From Octopus vulgaris (lineage: Eukaryota), in assembly GCA_951406725.2 (NCBI GenBank), contig OX597819.1:34534001-34598000 (forward strand): 64,000 bases of DNA. The letters are read 5' to 3'. The notes under the pieces are model-generated. The model did no database searches, was not told the DNA's origin, and saw only the letters and a program-made list of their open reading frames with translations. Shown here piece by piece: positions 1-14,744 of this stretch; the first letter of the stretch is position 1; each line of letters opens with the position of its first letter. The position numbers and the translations under genes were made by a program.

Positions 1-141
1 TAAGTTAATACTTATTCTATTGATCTCTTTTGCAGAACCATTAGGTTACAAGGATACAAACACACCAACACCGGTTGTCAAGTGGAGGTGGGGGAACAAA
101 CATAGACACAAAAACACACACACACGCACATACACAAACAT

Positions 142-180
<39 letters not shown>

Positions 181-249
181 GCCTCAAGCCAACCAAAACC
201 TTGTCAGAGAATTTGGTTGATGGAAACTGAAAGAAGCCTGTCATGTGTG

Positions 250-716
<467 letters not shown>

Positions 717-1948
717 CTGTGTGTGTGTCTTTGTGTCTGTTTGTCCCCCACCACTGCTTGACACCTGATGTTGGTGTGTTTACATCTCCATAACTTTGCA
801 GTTCAGCAAAAGAGAACAATAGAACAAGTACCAAGCTTTAAAAAAAAAATTAGTACTGGGGTTGATACATTCGACTAAAAAAATTTCTTCAGGGCAGCGC
901 TCCAGCATAGCCACAGTCTAATAATTGAAACTAGTAAAAGACAAAACATACATACATAACAACTATGAACAGAACTTTCCTTTTCTAATTTTCCTTTTGT
1001 TTTACCAAACCATCACACCTAGTATTATCTTGGCAGCAATGAATAATTTACAAAGATTTAATAAACATTGATTCATCTTCATTCCATCAACATCAGTATT
1101 CATTCTATTGTTACAATCTATTTTTCCCAAACATCACACCAGTCAATATAGTAAACTTTAGAAGGGTTAAAAAGCGATAACAAACCAAAGTATTAAAATC
1201 ATATTGGTATATATATATATATTTATTTAGAGACCTTGTCTATCCAAGCTAATTGTAAAAGATGTTAAGGTAAAATTGTAATAAGGGAAATAGGTCAAAG
1301 GTGAATACAGAAACAAAAATGAAAATTGATGTTGAGAATTATTTATTATTCACAAGCGCCTCAATGAGTTTCCCTCCCAACTCCAGATCGACTTTAGGTG
1401 TATGTGTCTTAGTTTTAGGTTCAATATTGTACAAATATTCTCAATCACATCCATGCAGCTGCATAAATGTTGAACCTTAAAGTAAATGACAGGCAGTCAG
1501 ACCTGAAGCTGATCAAGAGTAAAGCCATGTCATTGAAGAGGTCACAAACGGTGACAAAAGGACTTTGACAAACACAACTGATTGGGTGATTAACTGAGAG
1601 ATTAATCAATCAATCGGTAAGTTGGTTAAATAGCTAAGCAATTTATGAATAATAAAGAAGTAAAATTGAATCAATGCGTGTGTATATTGATTTCAAACTT
1701 TGGCACAAGACCAGCAAATTTTCGGGTGCGGGGAGGTAAGATAATTACATCAATCCCAGTGTGCAACTGGTACTTATTTTAGTAATCCTGAAATGATGAA
1801 AGGCAAAGACAACCTCAGCAGAATTTGAACTCAGAATGTAAAGACAGACAAAATGCTGCTAAGCATTTTGCTAAGCATTTTGCTAACAGTTCTGCCAGGT
1901 CACTGCCTTTCAGTGCAAGTGTTTATTATAGGCACATGGCCTCCTTAT

Positions 1949-2298
1949 GAAGGTGCATGGCTCAGTGGTTAGAGTGTCAGGCTCACAATTATGAGGTAGT
2001 GAGTTCAATTCCCAGGCCAGGCTGTGTGTTGTGTTCGTGAGCAAGACACTTTATTTCATGTTGCTCCAGTTCACTCAGCAGTAGAAATGAGTTGCAATAT
2101 CACTGGTGCCAATGTGTATCAGCCTTTGCGTTTCCCTTGGATATCATTGTTGGCATGGAGAAGGAAGATTGGTATGCATGGGTAACTGCTGCTCTTACAT
2201 AAAAGAATCTTGCCCAGACTTGTGCCTCAGAGGGTAACTTTCTAGGTGCAATCCCATGGTCATACATGATGAAAGGGGGCTTTTATCCTTTATCCTTT
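1949..2298 (+). mobile_element. tRNA-derived SINE (head B, tail type 3); other copies at 37594-37876 and 61909-62246
   Basis: A and B boxes, a gagcaagacactttatttc core, and a shared 3' module ending ggtgcaatcccatggtca..gaagggggtc. Confidence 0.82.
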
Positions 2299-3069
2299 AA
2301 TGACTTTCCCAGCATACAACAAAAGCAGCTTCAACACAAGTTCACATCGTGAATCTTGCAAACCAAATACAATAATGAGATGTTGGGGAATTATTTGCAA
2401 GGGAAACAAATAAAAAAAAATATATATATAAAAGGTTCATGCAGCTACTTTGTAAAAGAAGCATTCAAAAATAAGGATTATGTTGCTAATCTGTAACAGA
2501 ATCATTCTAAAATATTAAAGTTCGTTGCTATGCTGCTAATTTGTAACAGAAACATTGTGGAATTAGTATTGAAAGGGGGAAAAAAAATTACTGGAGTGTT
2601 TCCAGAAAAGTATAATGATCAAACACCACTTGACCATTTTAAAGAAGGGGAGAGAGAACCAATAAGAGGCTGATGAAAAGTGACTTGGATTAAAAAGATA
2701 CAGTATTAAAGTAAGGAAGGAGAAAATGATGAACTGGTGCGGTGGTTATTGTCAGGGTGGTGAGATTGGCAAACTCATTTGTGCAATTGATTAAATGCCT
2801 GCAGTAATTGGTTATGGCTCTTTACATTCTGAGTTCAAACCAAACCAAGGTCAAGTTTGCCTTTCATCTTCCTGAGGTCAATATAATTGAGACTATTCCC
2901 TCACCACAAATTTATGGCTTTGAGCCAAGGTCAGAAATTTTTTAAGAAATCATCATCATCATCATCATCATCATTATTATGGCCTTGTGCCAAAATTTGA
3001 AAACTATTATTATTATTATTATTATTATTGTTGTTGTTGTTGTTGGTGTTGTTATCATTATTATTATTA

Positions 3070-3133
<64 letters not shown>

Positions 3134-3460
3134 CATGATGCAGGCAGCAAGCAGACAGGATCATTAGAGCATTAGAAAAATGTTTTGCCATAATTCTTCC
3201 AGCTCTTTACATTCTGATTTCAAATCCAAGCAAGGTCAACTTTCATCATAAAGTACCAGTCAAGTACTTAGGTCAGCATAATTGACCACTACCTCACCCT
3301 AAAATGGCTGACCTTCTACCAAAATTGCCTTTCCTCCTTTTGCGGGGTCAATAAAAATGTACCAGTTAAATACTGCAATTGAATTAATCAACTTGCCCTC
3401 TCCCCTCAGAATTACTGGTCTGGTGCCAAAATTAGAACAATTATTATTATTATTATTATA

Positions 3461-4008
3461 TTGAGTTAGAAAGCAGTGCATGCCATCAAAGTGACAATGG
3501 GGTAAAATATACGAAGCACAGTATATCCATTATGACTACCCGTCTGATAAGGGTACACCAGGCACATGCATCACAACCATATGTGCGCAACATAGTGATC
3601 TCATATCAAAATAAACAGTACATGACCTTACAGGTAGGGCCCAGTTAGAATTTTCTTCAGGTTGAGTAGCCCAATTTGCTCAAAAGGTCCCTGAATAAAG
3701 GTTGTTTAAGGATGATGAACGAAACACCCATGTTTCCAGAGGTGAATGATCCAAACCCCAAAGAATCCCTCTCAATACATGGCTATGATGCTCCCCCACT
3801 ACTTCCGTTCATGATCAGAGATGCATATATCATCAGCAACTAAGGGACATGCTCAACATGTTATGGTCAAGCAACAGACAAGCAAATCTGTGGTATTGAG
3901 CAGAATATTTGCTGTGGCCCATCTTTTATACCAAGACATGATAACACTTCCAATCAGTTAAGATCAGAAGCCATGAGAGCCATTGCCTGGTACTGCATCA
4001 GGGCATAA
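3461..4008 (-). mobile_element. ~540-bp (AAT)n-tailed non-coding retro-repeat; copies at 54743-55215 and 53941-54128
   Basis: Clear sequence identity among three copies. The two longer copies abut (ATT)n at the same end. Confidence 0.7.
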
Positions 4009-4850
4009 TTATTTACATCATTGTTGCTTCGTTATATGAGCTGTAGCAAGTTTATGTGTCCATACCAATGCAGTTATCTCTCATATACATTATAAGTGGT
4101 TCCTTAGCTACCTACATCTCTCAGCTCATCTGTGCTTCATCATTCACGTGCCCTAACATTATAAATCCAGTAGAGCTTGCTTGCTTCCTTTCTCTGCAGC
4201 TTTTCTTACATCTTCTACATTCAATATCCACATATCATTACAATGCAACTTCATACTTCACACATACACATCATACAATCTACCTTTGGCTCAAAGAGAG
4301 AAATCTCTAGGGTAGAAAGAGATTTGTGTGAGTTATTGGTGTTTTATATATAAACCCGTCTCTCAGTTGAGAGATCCTAGTCATAAAGGCTTGTAGGTGT
4401 CAGTACCACATAAAAGAGCCCACATAAAAGCACCCATGCTGGCGCAGTGTAAAAGTACCCATCGTGCCATGTAAAAGTGCCTAAGCCAGTGTCACCTAAA
4501 ACTGCCTGTGCCAATGTCACATAAAAACAGCCATACAGGTACCATGTAAAGCTCCCATGGTGACAATGCCAGTGCCATGTAAGAGCACCCATGCTGGTAC
4601 CACTCTGTAAAGTGGTTGGCATTAGGAAGGGCATCCAGTCATAGAAGCCATGCCAAAACAGATGATTGGAGCCTGGGTAGCTCTCCAGCTGGCCAGGTCC
4701 TCTCAAACTGTCCAACCCATCTCATCATTGAAAATGGATGTTTAATGAAGTTGATGATGATGACGATACACACACACATAACTATATGCACACACATATA
4801 ATTATGCATGTAAGTACGTATGTATGTATGTACACACACACATATGTATG

Positions 4851-4886
<36 letters not shown>

Positions 4887-5629
4887 TGAAGAAAGACATC
4901 ATGAGATCATATAGCTTTCTGTTGTAACCAGTAGCAGCACTGGATAACTGCTAAGAGTTTTAATTAGTATGCACATCTGAATGAAACCTAATCAGTGATG
5001 ATAATATAGTTTGAGGAAAGATAAGCTGACCTGTGCTATATGAAATAAAGTCTTCAAAACTGAAGCTCACACCTACAGGCTTGTGTGCATCGTTGTCATT
5101 GTATGTACAAAAATAAGACTTCAAACGAGAAAGTAAGACTCTAATAAATTGAATTTGTGATAAGATATTCATTCTTGATTGAAGTGATCTTTCACTTCAT
5201 TCCAGCAAAAATCTTTGGATGAAGAATAAGGTGCCCCAGTATGGCCACAGTCAAATGACTGAAACAAGCAAAAGGTACAAGATTCCACTTCCCATTTGTT
5301 ATTCTTAGACTTTAAGTCCACCTGTATATAAACACAAAAACACAAATTTTATAGTCACACACATACACATATTACAGACATACACAAATATAGAAACACA
5401 CCAATATGACACAATCTTTAGTATCCAAGCTACATCAGCAGACAGGTGTATAATATATGTATATATACGAATGCTTGCGTAGTTATATGGTAGAGAAGCT
5501 TGCTTCCGAACCATATCTCATTGGGTTCAATAATACTACTTAGTATTTTGGGCAAGTGTCTTTCACAATAACCCTGGGTCAACCAAAGCCTTGTGAGTGG
5601 ATTTGCTAGATGAAAATTGAAAGAAGCCC

Positions 5630-5708
<79 letters not shown>

Positions 5709-6229
5709 TTGTCTTGTGATGGTTGTAAATGAATACCACTGTCATACAGATGGTGTTGTTCATTTCCAGTTTTCCTTGAAAACATGTCTGGTCATGAGGA
5801 AATATTACCTTGCTTGGAAACAGGCAAGGGTTTGGCAAACAGAAAGGACAACTGGTCCAGGAATAAAATCTGCTTCGACAAACTCCTTCTGACCCATCTA
5901 AGCATAGAAAAAGTGAACATTAAATTATAAGGATCATGGTAATGATTATGATGATGGCAATATATATATATATGTGATACAAACATGATAGATGCTATAT
6001 TAAGAAGCATATATACCACTCTGTATGTGTGTGTGTGTGCATGAGTCGACAGACACACACACGTAGTTGATATTTCATCGTGTAGTTACCACACATAAAT
6101 GACTTAGAACAAAGAATACTGTGACCCCGGATTTCACAATTTTGGTTCAGACCCCAATAGAAACCTTGACCCAGAGAGCGTCACCTTATAACAAGTGTTC
6201 ATACTTCCTTTCAAGGCATACACATGCAC

Positions 6230-6273
<44 letters not shown>

Positions 6274-7619
6274 ACGCACGCACACATGCACACACGCACA
6301 CACATGCACAGTGGGAGAGCAAAACATAGGGGGCAGAGTGTGCTAATTACATAGCCTTGTTCACATTCATTCATACTAACATTAACGTACGTCACTTCAG
6401 GTGAACATGTGTATAGACATTGTCCAGCATACACACACACATCTACACAATCATATCCACAAACACAGATTTAAATAATCATTCAAATATGCACACGCAT
6501 GCAGACACACACACACACACAGACACACACACATATTACAGAGGTCCATAAACACAAAAACACAAATTTTATAGTCACACACATACACATATTACAGACA
6601 TACACAAATATAGAAACACACCAATTTTATAGACACACCTACACACACACACACACACACACACAAATACAGAATCACACAAATTTTATACACCCACACA
6701 AACACACACATACACACACAGATGCACACATATTAGATATACACAAATGCAGAAACACACAAATTTTATAGAAACACACACACACATGCACACATATTAG
6801 ACACACACAACTATAGAAAAACAAATTTTACACACACACACATACACACATTATTATAGACACACAACTACAAGTTTTCTCCATTTTTATATTTTATTTT
6901 AACACTTATCTTTTTTTCTATATTTATATTTTTTTATAGTTTCTTGTTGCTACATTTTTTTAAAAAATTTAATCTTAGACAATTCACATGTTATGTCTTC
7001 TTTGTCTTGCAAACTGTTTATCTACTTGATAGATAATTCCTTATTTAGTTACATTCAACAATCATTATATATGTAGAAGCACATGACTTAGTGGTTAGGG
7101 TGTTAGCGTCTAAATCGTAACATTGCGGTTTCAAATCCTGGACTGGGTGATGCATTGTGCTCTTGAGCAAAACACTTCATTTCACGTTGCTCTAGTCCAC
7201 TCAGCTGGTAAATCACAGTAATCCTGTAACATACCAGCACCCCAGCCAGAGAGGAATGTACACACCAGAGAAATAGGGAAACCAACCCCGTGCTCCTTGC
7301 GGCGTAATGAGGACAAACCAAAAATAATATATACAACATTATCATCATCTACATTATTTACATTATTTACATTCAACGGATATTTGTCCTCATCTTGTTT
7401 GTTGTTAACACAACGTTTCAACATAATGTAAATAATGTACATAATTCCTCATCTCTTAAATATAGAACTGTATCATCATCATCCTTTAATGTCCATTTTC
7501 TATGCTCATATGGGTTGGATGGTTTGACAGGAGTTGGCAATTCAGAAGACAGCACCAAGCTCAGCTGTCTGCTTTGGCATGGTTTCTACAGCTGGATGCA
7601 GTATTAGTTTAAAATAGCC

Positions 7620-8140
7620 ATCTGTGTATCATGCTCAGTGTAAGTACATTAGTATAAAACATCTTCTGTTGCATATCTGTATGGAGCACAATGCTTGTAC
7701 AGTAGTGAAATGAATGCGGAGGATTTGGTAATACTAGAAAGACTAGAAAGAAATGATGTGAACATGCTCAGCTAGGATGGGTAATGTTACCAGGCAAGAA
7801 CAATGGCATACATATAAGCTTAAAGAAAAAAATGGGTGCAAGAATCAGATGTAGTCTGCAAGAGAGAAAAGTGCACCAACAGGGACATGATATATATGGA
7901 AGATGACAGATGGATACAGAAGTGCCAAGAAATCCATGTGGAAAGAACTTATAGAAGTGGAAGATTGGTGAAGACTTGGTAGGAAGAGACAAAAAGCTGA
8001 TTGACCCCAGGATGTTGAATTTTAACAAAGACGATGAAGAAAAGCAACATGTGAGGAGATGTTATGTTGGAGAAAACCTGTTCAACTAGTGCATGTATGG
8101 AAAAACGGATGAAAAATGATGATGATGATGACGATGATGA
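7620..8140 (+). mobile_element. Decayed RTE LINE 3' fragment with (GAT)n tail
   Basis: Degenerate RLERND..ML.WM and CG...R..KTW motifs similar to the 57.2-57.5 kb copy. It ends atggaaaaacggatg..(gat)n. Confidence 0.55.
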
Positions 8141-9420
8141 CAAACAACAGTGGTGGTGTTGGCAGCAGTGGAGGCAGCAATGATGGTAGTGACAGCAGTT
8201 GGTGGTGATGGTTGGGCTGGTGGTATATTTGATGTATGCACACAATTCATATAGATGTTTGTGTATAGAGAGGCATTCAAACCTATATATATATATTTAC
8301 CCATATACAGGAAACACATAATTGATTCAAATATACCCTACTAGAGGTCAATGACTACAGATCTATTTCCACTGGTTAACACAAGTTTACTATGTCACTG
8401 TGAGAGATCAAGATTCTTCTTGGATACAAGATTATTTTCTTCTCACTGTAAATATTCATAAACAATGTTTCTATCGTTGGCATTTCTGTCTTCTCCCATG
8501 TGTTTATGTGTGTGCATGTAATAACAAATATACATACACATATCCACACACACACATACACAGACACACACACACACATACACACACACTCACACACAAT
8601 AAAAAAAGTAAACAAAAACTTCTATTGTGTAACTTTAACCATTCATCTATTTCACAATTTGCACTTGTATCTGCTATTCTTTATTGTGATTCAAAATACA
8701 GTTCATTGAATGAAAGAAGCAAGAGAGTTTTCTGGTTTACAAAAGGGCTAAATTGTGGTTTGGCATAACGTAAAATGAACCACTGCTATATGATAGACAA
8801 CAGAAGGATTTCTGTGGTTATTGTCGAATGAATGCTAGCACAAAGATAAAGAATTAACAGGAGCCCATTCTAGGTAATATGTACCCTTTGGCAATGTGTT
8901 TTGTTTTATCACACAAGTACATGAAAACAATTTTTGTAGTAAGGTTGCATAATATGTTATGATAAATCAAAGAAGCATTGTCAAACACCATCTTTAACTG
9001 GGTTACAAAGAAAGAAAACCTGGATTTTTTTTTTTATTTCGTAATATTGCTAACAAACATCCAACAATCCATTTTTATCACTTACTATTCCTTTTGGAGG
9101 GCCATGAAAGCAGGGTCGTCAGACACCTCCTCTATAGAGTCCCATCTGAAGAGTCATTATGCTTTCATGCTGGATTCTTAAGTATGACCAACTGAGAATA
9201 TCTTTTATTTTTTTATCTTTTACTTGTTTCAGTCATTAAACATATTGGGGCACTGCCTTGGGGAATTTTGGGGTGAACTAATCAACACCAATACCTTTTT
9301 TTCTTTTTAAGCTTGATATTTATTTCTATTGGTCTCTTATGCCAAACTGCTAAGTTACAGGGACATAAATGCACCAACACCAGTTTTCAAGTGGTGGTGG
9401 GGGACAGATACAGACACAAA

Positions 9421-9481
<61 letters not shown>

Positions 9482-10886
9482 ACACAATCAATGAATGCAA
9501 TCATAGTTAGAAATAGGAAGCTTGTAGTTCCAATGGAATTTAGATATAACTTTACTTGATATGAGAAGACAGGGTAGTAACTCAGCTTCAATGAGTTTCA
9601 AAAGATGCAATGGGATCTCTAGCAAATTAATACAATGTGATGAATGTGCAAGAGTGATGGCAGCTTCTTTCATGCCCAAAGATCATGAGGAAGAGTAGTA
9701 TGTCCTCAAGTAGCTACGTAAATCAATCCTTGATGCTATAAAGCATTTCTTCTTATCTGTACTTAAAGTGAGAGAGTCAGTGAAGACAATCCAGTCCTAC
9801 TCTTTAGATTTGGAAGTCTGACTTCAGTGGCCCAACAGGTTAAGGTGGCTGTGATGACCAGCAAGCTGTGGGTTGAGTGGCCTTCTCTTAGGTGAATTGC
9901 CTCAGAAGGCTAGACAGCTCCACTTCCATGGGGTTGCCAGAAAGGTGTCAAAGAGGGTTCAGACCTCTTGAGGTTCTCCAGGAGTATCTTTTATTTTTTA
10001 TCTTTTACTTGTTTCAATCATTAGACTCTGGCCATGCTGGGGCACCACCTTCAAGAATTTCTCTTAGTCAAATGAATTAACCCCAGTCCTTATTTTTTAA
10101 AGCCTGGTATTTATTCTATTATTCTCTTTTGCCAAACCGCTAAGTTACAAGGACTTCAAAACAGACCAAGTCAAGTGGTGGTGGATGGGAGAAAAAACAT
10201 ACATACACACACACACACATATGTGTTAGCAATGAAATCCTTGAAATTGCCATATGATTCTCTTGAAATAGTGTGCTACATGGATTTGCTTGTAGTAAAA
10301 ATACATTAAAAGATTTAGAAACAAGTGTAATGAAATAAGTTCAAGATACTTCTGTCAGTCAGTAAGAAAAATCTTTCTCTTTCTAGGAAGCCTACATTAG
10401 AAGTTCAATATATCAAAGCAATAAGTTATGGATAACTAAATACAGAAAGAACAGCAGAGGTTGATAATAAGAACCTCTAAGTTTACAATATTAAGTTGTA
10501 AGAAAAGTGGAGACGAAAAGGTTAGATGAAAGAATGAACATTAAAGGAATTGACCAAAGTATTGCAGGAGGGGAACTGAGATGGAATGGAAAAAGGATTG
10601 AAGAATACTGGGAGAGAAAGGTCAACAGAGACATAAAAAGCAATGGTAAGATCAGACATCAAGATGATAAATGTGACATACAAGTTGACACAGGATTGAA
10701 ACGAGTGGGACATGTAGTACTATCCAGTCCATATCTGCACGATAGAAATATCCCAGACATCATGATACTGAAGAAGGACACAGCCAGGATACTTGAAAGA
10801 ATATTTGCACTAAAATACACAAAGTCTGTGCATGTGTGTGTGTGTGTGCACATATATGTGTGTGTGTTTATGTATATATAAACACA

Positions 10887-11020
10887 CGAACGGGTATGTG
10901 AAACTCCGAGTAACAGCTTTTGTTAAATTTCTGCTGCTTTTAAATAAAGCATATTACTCTACCCCTGGTATTTGAGTACTCTTTTTTCCACCTTGTTTCA
11001 CATTTATGTGTTTACTCCAG
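10887..11020 (+). mobile_element. Short PLE-type 3' remnant starting inside a truncated hammerhead
   Basis: ..CGA acg-ggta-tgt GAAA C tccga G TA acagc is the 3' two-thirds of a minimal hammerhead. A pyrimidine-rich tail and (TA)n follow. Confidence 0.55.
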
Positions 11021-11727
11021 TATATATATATATATTGTTATATTTCGGAATGGTCATATTGCCAGTTTAGCCAATAAAAACACACGCACTATATATTTGG
11101 TGTTATTTTGCTTCAGTGATATTTATTTTTTACATTAATCTTAATCTTATTTCGGCCAAAGTTCTTTCGTCACACTCCTGTGACCGCATCAGTGGTCCTT
11201 TGTTTTCTTCTCACTTACTTGTGTCTCTCCTTACTAACCGTCAGCCATTTTGTATTTCTATTGTATGTCTTCATTTGCGCATGCTTATATCTCTATGTGC
11301 GTCTATGTTTATTTAGTGTGTGTGGGGGGGATGCCTGTAATATTTGTATCTTCTGGTTATATACATTCTTGTAATTTGTATTTTGTTTTTGTTGTTGTTG
11401 CTTTTGTTCTAATTTTATTCATGTGTTTACATCCACCCATTATTATCATTACATATGCTTGTATGTATGTATAACAACAATATTAGTAATAATAATAATA
11501 AATCTAATCGAAAAAAAAAAAAAAAAAAAAAAAAGAATATACATATACATATATATATATATATACATACATATACATATACATATATATATATATATAT
11601 ATACATATATACACACATATATACACATATACATATACATATATATACACATATACATATATATAGATATTCATTTCTATTTCTTTAATTACCTGTGTAT
11701 TTATTATGTTTGCAGGATCCACTATTG

Positions 11728-12349
11728 TCATATGTTGTGGTGTGCGCTATTGCTCCATTCTAGTTTTCTATTCAGGCTAGGTTTATTTTCTATTATATGT
11801 GTAGCTTCTGTAATTTGTCTAATTGTTGCATCTGTTCTATGTGTGGACAATATCTTAATCTCTATGTTATTGATTGATCCCCCGTGTTCTTGTTCGGCGT
11901 GTTGGTACAGAATCGATGAGCTTTTACCTTCCTTGAGTTGTCTCCAATGTTCATTCACCCGCTCACCAATGCTTCTTGCAGTTTCCCCTACGTATGTTAC
12001 TGTCTTGTTACTGCATCGTCCCTCTATACATCTTATACTATAGACCACATTTCTGGCTTTACAGTTCGTTTGTGGGCTAAATCTACATACAGTGCAATAG
12101 TTATCCGTACAGAGAGTTCTACTAAAAGGATAGATTCTACCAATTATAGATCTGATAGGGTTGCCTGGCTTTTCAACAACCTTAATTCTTAGTTTAAGTT
12201 TATCTAGGGTCCTTCTAAAGCGGTACGCTAGTTCACCTCCAGGGGTGGTGTCAACGAACATGACACTCTGGTATTTATGGCTATCATACCAAGAGTTGGC
12301 CTTCCTTATTTTCTTTTTTGTCCTTTCTATAGTGTTCCATGACTTGTTC
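11728..12349 (-). pseudogene. C-terminal ~205 aa of PLE protein: linker, Cys-rich motif and GIY-YIG endonuclease; RT domain missing
   Basis: Uninterrupted frame [72 protein letters not shown] matches PLE GIY-YIG (VVY/YVG, R, E, N and CCHH residues). The upstream part of the 375-aa ORF call is only the antisense of the other arm. Confidence 0.92.
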
Positions 12350-12553
12350 GAAGGTAAAAGCTCATCGATTCTGTACCAACACGCCGAACAAGAACACGGG
12401 GGATCAATCAATAACATAGAGATTAAGATATTGTCCACACATAGAACAGATGCAACAATTAGACAAATTACAGAAGCTACACATATAATAGAAAATAAAC
12501 CTAGCCTGAATAGAAAACTAGAATGGAGCAATAGCGCACACCACAACATATGA
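12350..12553 (+). pseudogene. Inverted duplicate of the last ~67 codons of the GIY-YIG ORF
   Basis: [16 protein letters not shown]...SAHHNI* is identical to the end of the minus-strand ORF. Confidence 0.9.
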
Positions 12554-13079
12554 CAATAGTGGATCCTGCAAACATAATAAATACACAGGTAATTAAAGAA
12601 ATAGAAATGAATATCTATATATATGTATATGTGTATATATATGTATATGTATATGTGTATATATGTGTGTATATATGTATATATATATATATATATATGT
12701 ATATGTATATGTATGTATATATATATATATATGTATATGTATATTCTTTTTTTTTTTTTTTTTTTCTCGATTAGATTTATTATTATTATTACTAATATTG
12801 TTGTTATACATACATACAAGCATATGTAATGATAATAATGGGTGGATGTAAACACATGAATAAAATTAGAACAAAAGCAACAACAACAAAAACAAAATAC
12901 AAATTACAAGAATGTATATAACCAGAAGATACAAATATTACAGGCATCCCCCCCACACACACTAAATAAACATAGACGCACATAGAGATATAAGCATGCG
13001 CAAATGAAGACATACAATAGAAATACAAAATGGCTGACGGTTAGTAAGGAGAGACACAAGTAAGTGAGAAGAAAACAAA

Positions 13080-13124
13080 GGACCACTGATGCGGTCACAG
13101 GAGTGTGACGAAAGAACTTTGGCC
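13080..13124 (+). ncRNA. Hammerhead-like motif with variant core in PLE 3' region (mirror copy at 11154-11198, minus)
   Basis: ggacca CTGATGC g gtcac-aggagt-gtgac GAAA gaac TT tggcc. Stems I and II can pair, but the core deviates from CUGANGA. Confidence 0.45.
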
Positions 13125-13299
13125 GAAATAAGATTAAGATTAATGTAAAAAATAAATATCACTGAAGCAAAATAACACCAAATATATAGTGCGTGTGTTT
13201 TTATTGGCTAAACTGGCAATATGACCATTCCGAAATATAACAATATCTGTTTCAACACACGACTTCACATAAAAAATCTTGCACAACAAATATTTAAAC

Positions 13300-13336
<37 letters not shown>

Positions 13337-13995
13337 CATACATACATACATACATACATACATGTGTGTGCATGGGTATTTACCTTTGTGCCTGTGTTCC
13401 CCCACCACTTCCCATTCAACTGTTTGACAACCATTGCTGGTTTGCTTACATCTCAATAGCTTAGCAGTTTGGCAAAAGAGACCAATAGAATAAGTACCTG
13501 GCTTTAAAAAAAAATAAATGAATACTAGGCTTGATTTGTTCAATTAAAAACCCTTCAAGGTAGTACCTCAGTATGGCCAAAATCCAATAACTTAAACAAG
13601 TAAAAGGCGTCTTTGTGTTTGTGTTTGTGACCCCACCCCACCATCACTTCACACCTGATGCAGGTGTGTTTATATCTCTATAACTTAGCTGTTTGGCAAA
13701 AAGGACCAATAAAATAAGAACTAGGCTTACAAAGAATAAGACCTGGGTTCGATTTCTTCAACTAAAATACCCTTTAAGGCAGTACTCCAGCATGGCCACT
13801 TTTTGTTGTAGATTGGTTACGTGCCTTCAGCCATTTGAGCTTGACAAGTCACCCATACTTTATAGGTGCAAAACCTATGGTCAATTTATGACCAGCCAAA
13901 ACTCTTAACTTCCTAGAAATATACATTATTGCTCCAATACTTCAGGGTGTGCTTCTTTTACAGATATACGAAACTTACTGATGATATATATATAC

Positions 13996-14060
<65 letters not shown>

Positions 14061-14137
14061 TGTGAGTGTGTATGTATATGTATATATCATTTATCCACCA
14101 ATGCAGTGTTGAGCACTCATTCTCATTTTCCAACATT

Positions 14138-14173
<36 letters not shown>

Positions 14174-14693
14174 CATGCTAGCATGGAAAGCAACAATGAT
14201 GATGATGATGGTATATATACATATTGAGAAAGGGAGGATTTCAATGACTTGACAATTAGTAAAAGTGGGTTTTGGTCCATTACCTATGTTCAAATAAAAT
14301 CTAATGTTGTCTATCAAGCTACCATTTAAGTATTTCTCAAAGAGGATCAAATTCATAAGTAAAATCTGGGTTGTTGCCATACTGCTCCTGGTACAGAGAT
14401 GATTTTCAAAGAGATCTCATATCTCTTAAAAAAAAAAAAAATTAAGGTTGATATCTCTTTAAAAGTGGAAAAAAAATACGTGGTTGATAATGAAGAAGTC
14501 AATATTCTGTTACATATACCCTTTAACAATAATAGGAATATATGAAATTTCTTTCAGTAAAGATGAGGAGATAACGTTTCAACACTAGATTGAGACTTAA
14601 TTACAGAAATAATTAATTAAATACTCATCTATCTTTGCAACTTAATTAAACATGATAGTCTTAGAGATATTATTAAATCTAATAAAATGATGG

Positions 14694-14744
<51 letters not shown>

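Larger units (their letters stand above)
11032..13300. mobile_element. Penelope-like retroelement (PLE), 5'-truncated, fold-back insertion in (TA)n
   Basis: Near-perfect inverted arms 11032-11931 and 12350-13246 flank a 418-nt spacer. A unique 54-nt tail (13247-13300) follows, with (TA)n on both sides. It contains a GIY-YIG ORF remnant. Confidence 0.92.

Noticed and set aside
10507-10881. 124-aa ORF as a host gene
   Set aside because: It looks like heavily decayed RTE C-terminal sequence (ELRWNG) running into a microsatellite.
12551-12559. TGA stop of the PLE ORF as a possible selenocysteine codon
   Set aside because: TAG follows two codons later, and the stop lies after the complete endonuclease domain.
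12350-12855. N-terminal half of the 375-aa ORF 11728-12855, and the mirror 206-aa ORF 11423-12043
   Set aside because: Antisense read-through of the inverted arm and microsatellite. Only 11728-12349 is genuine PLE protein.
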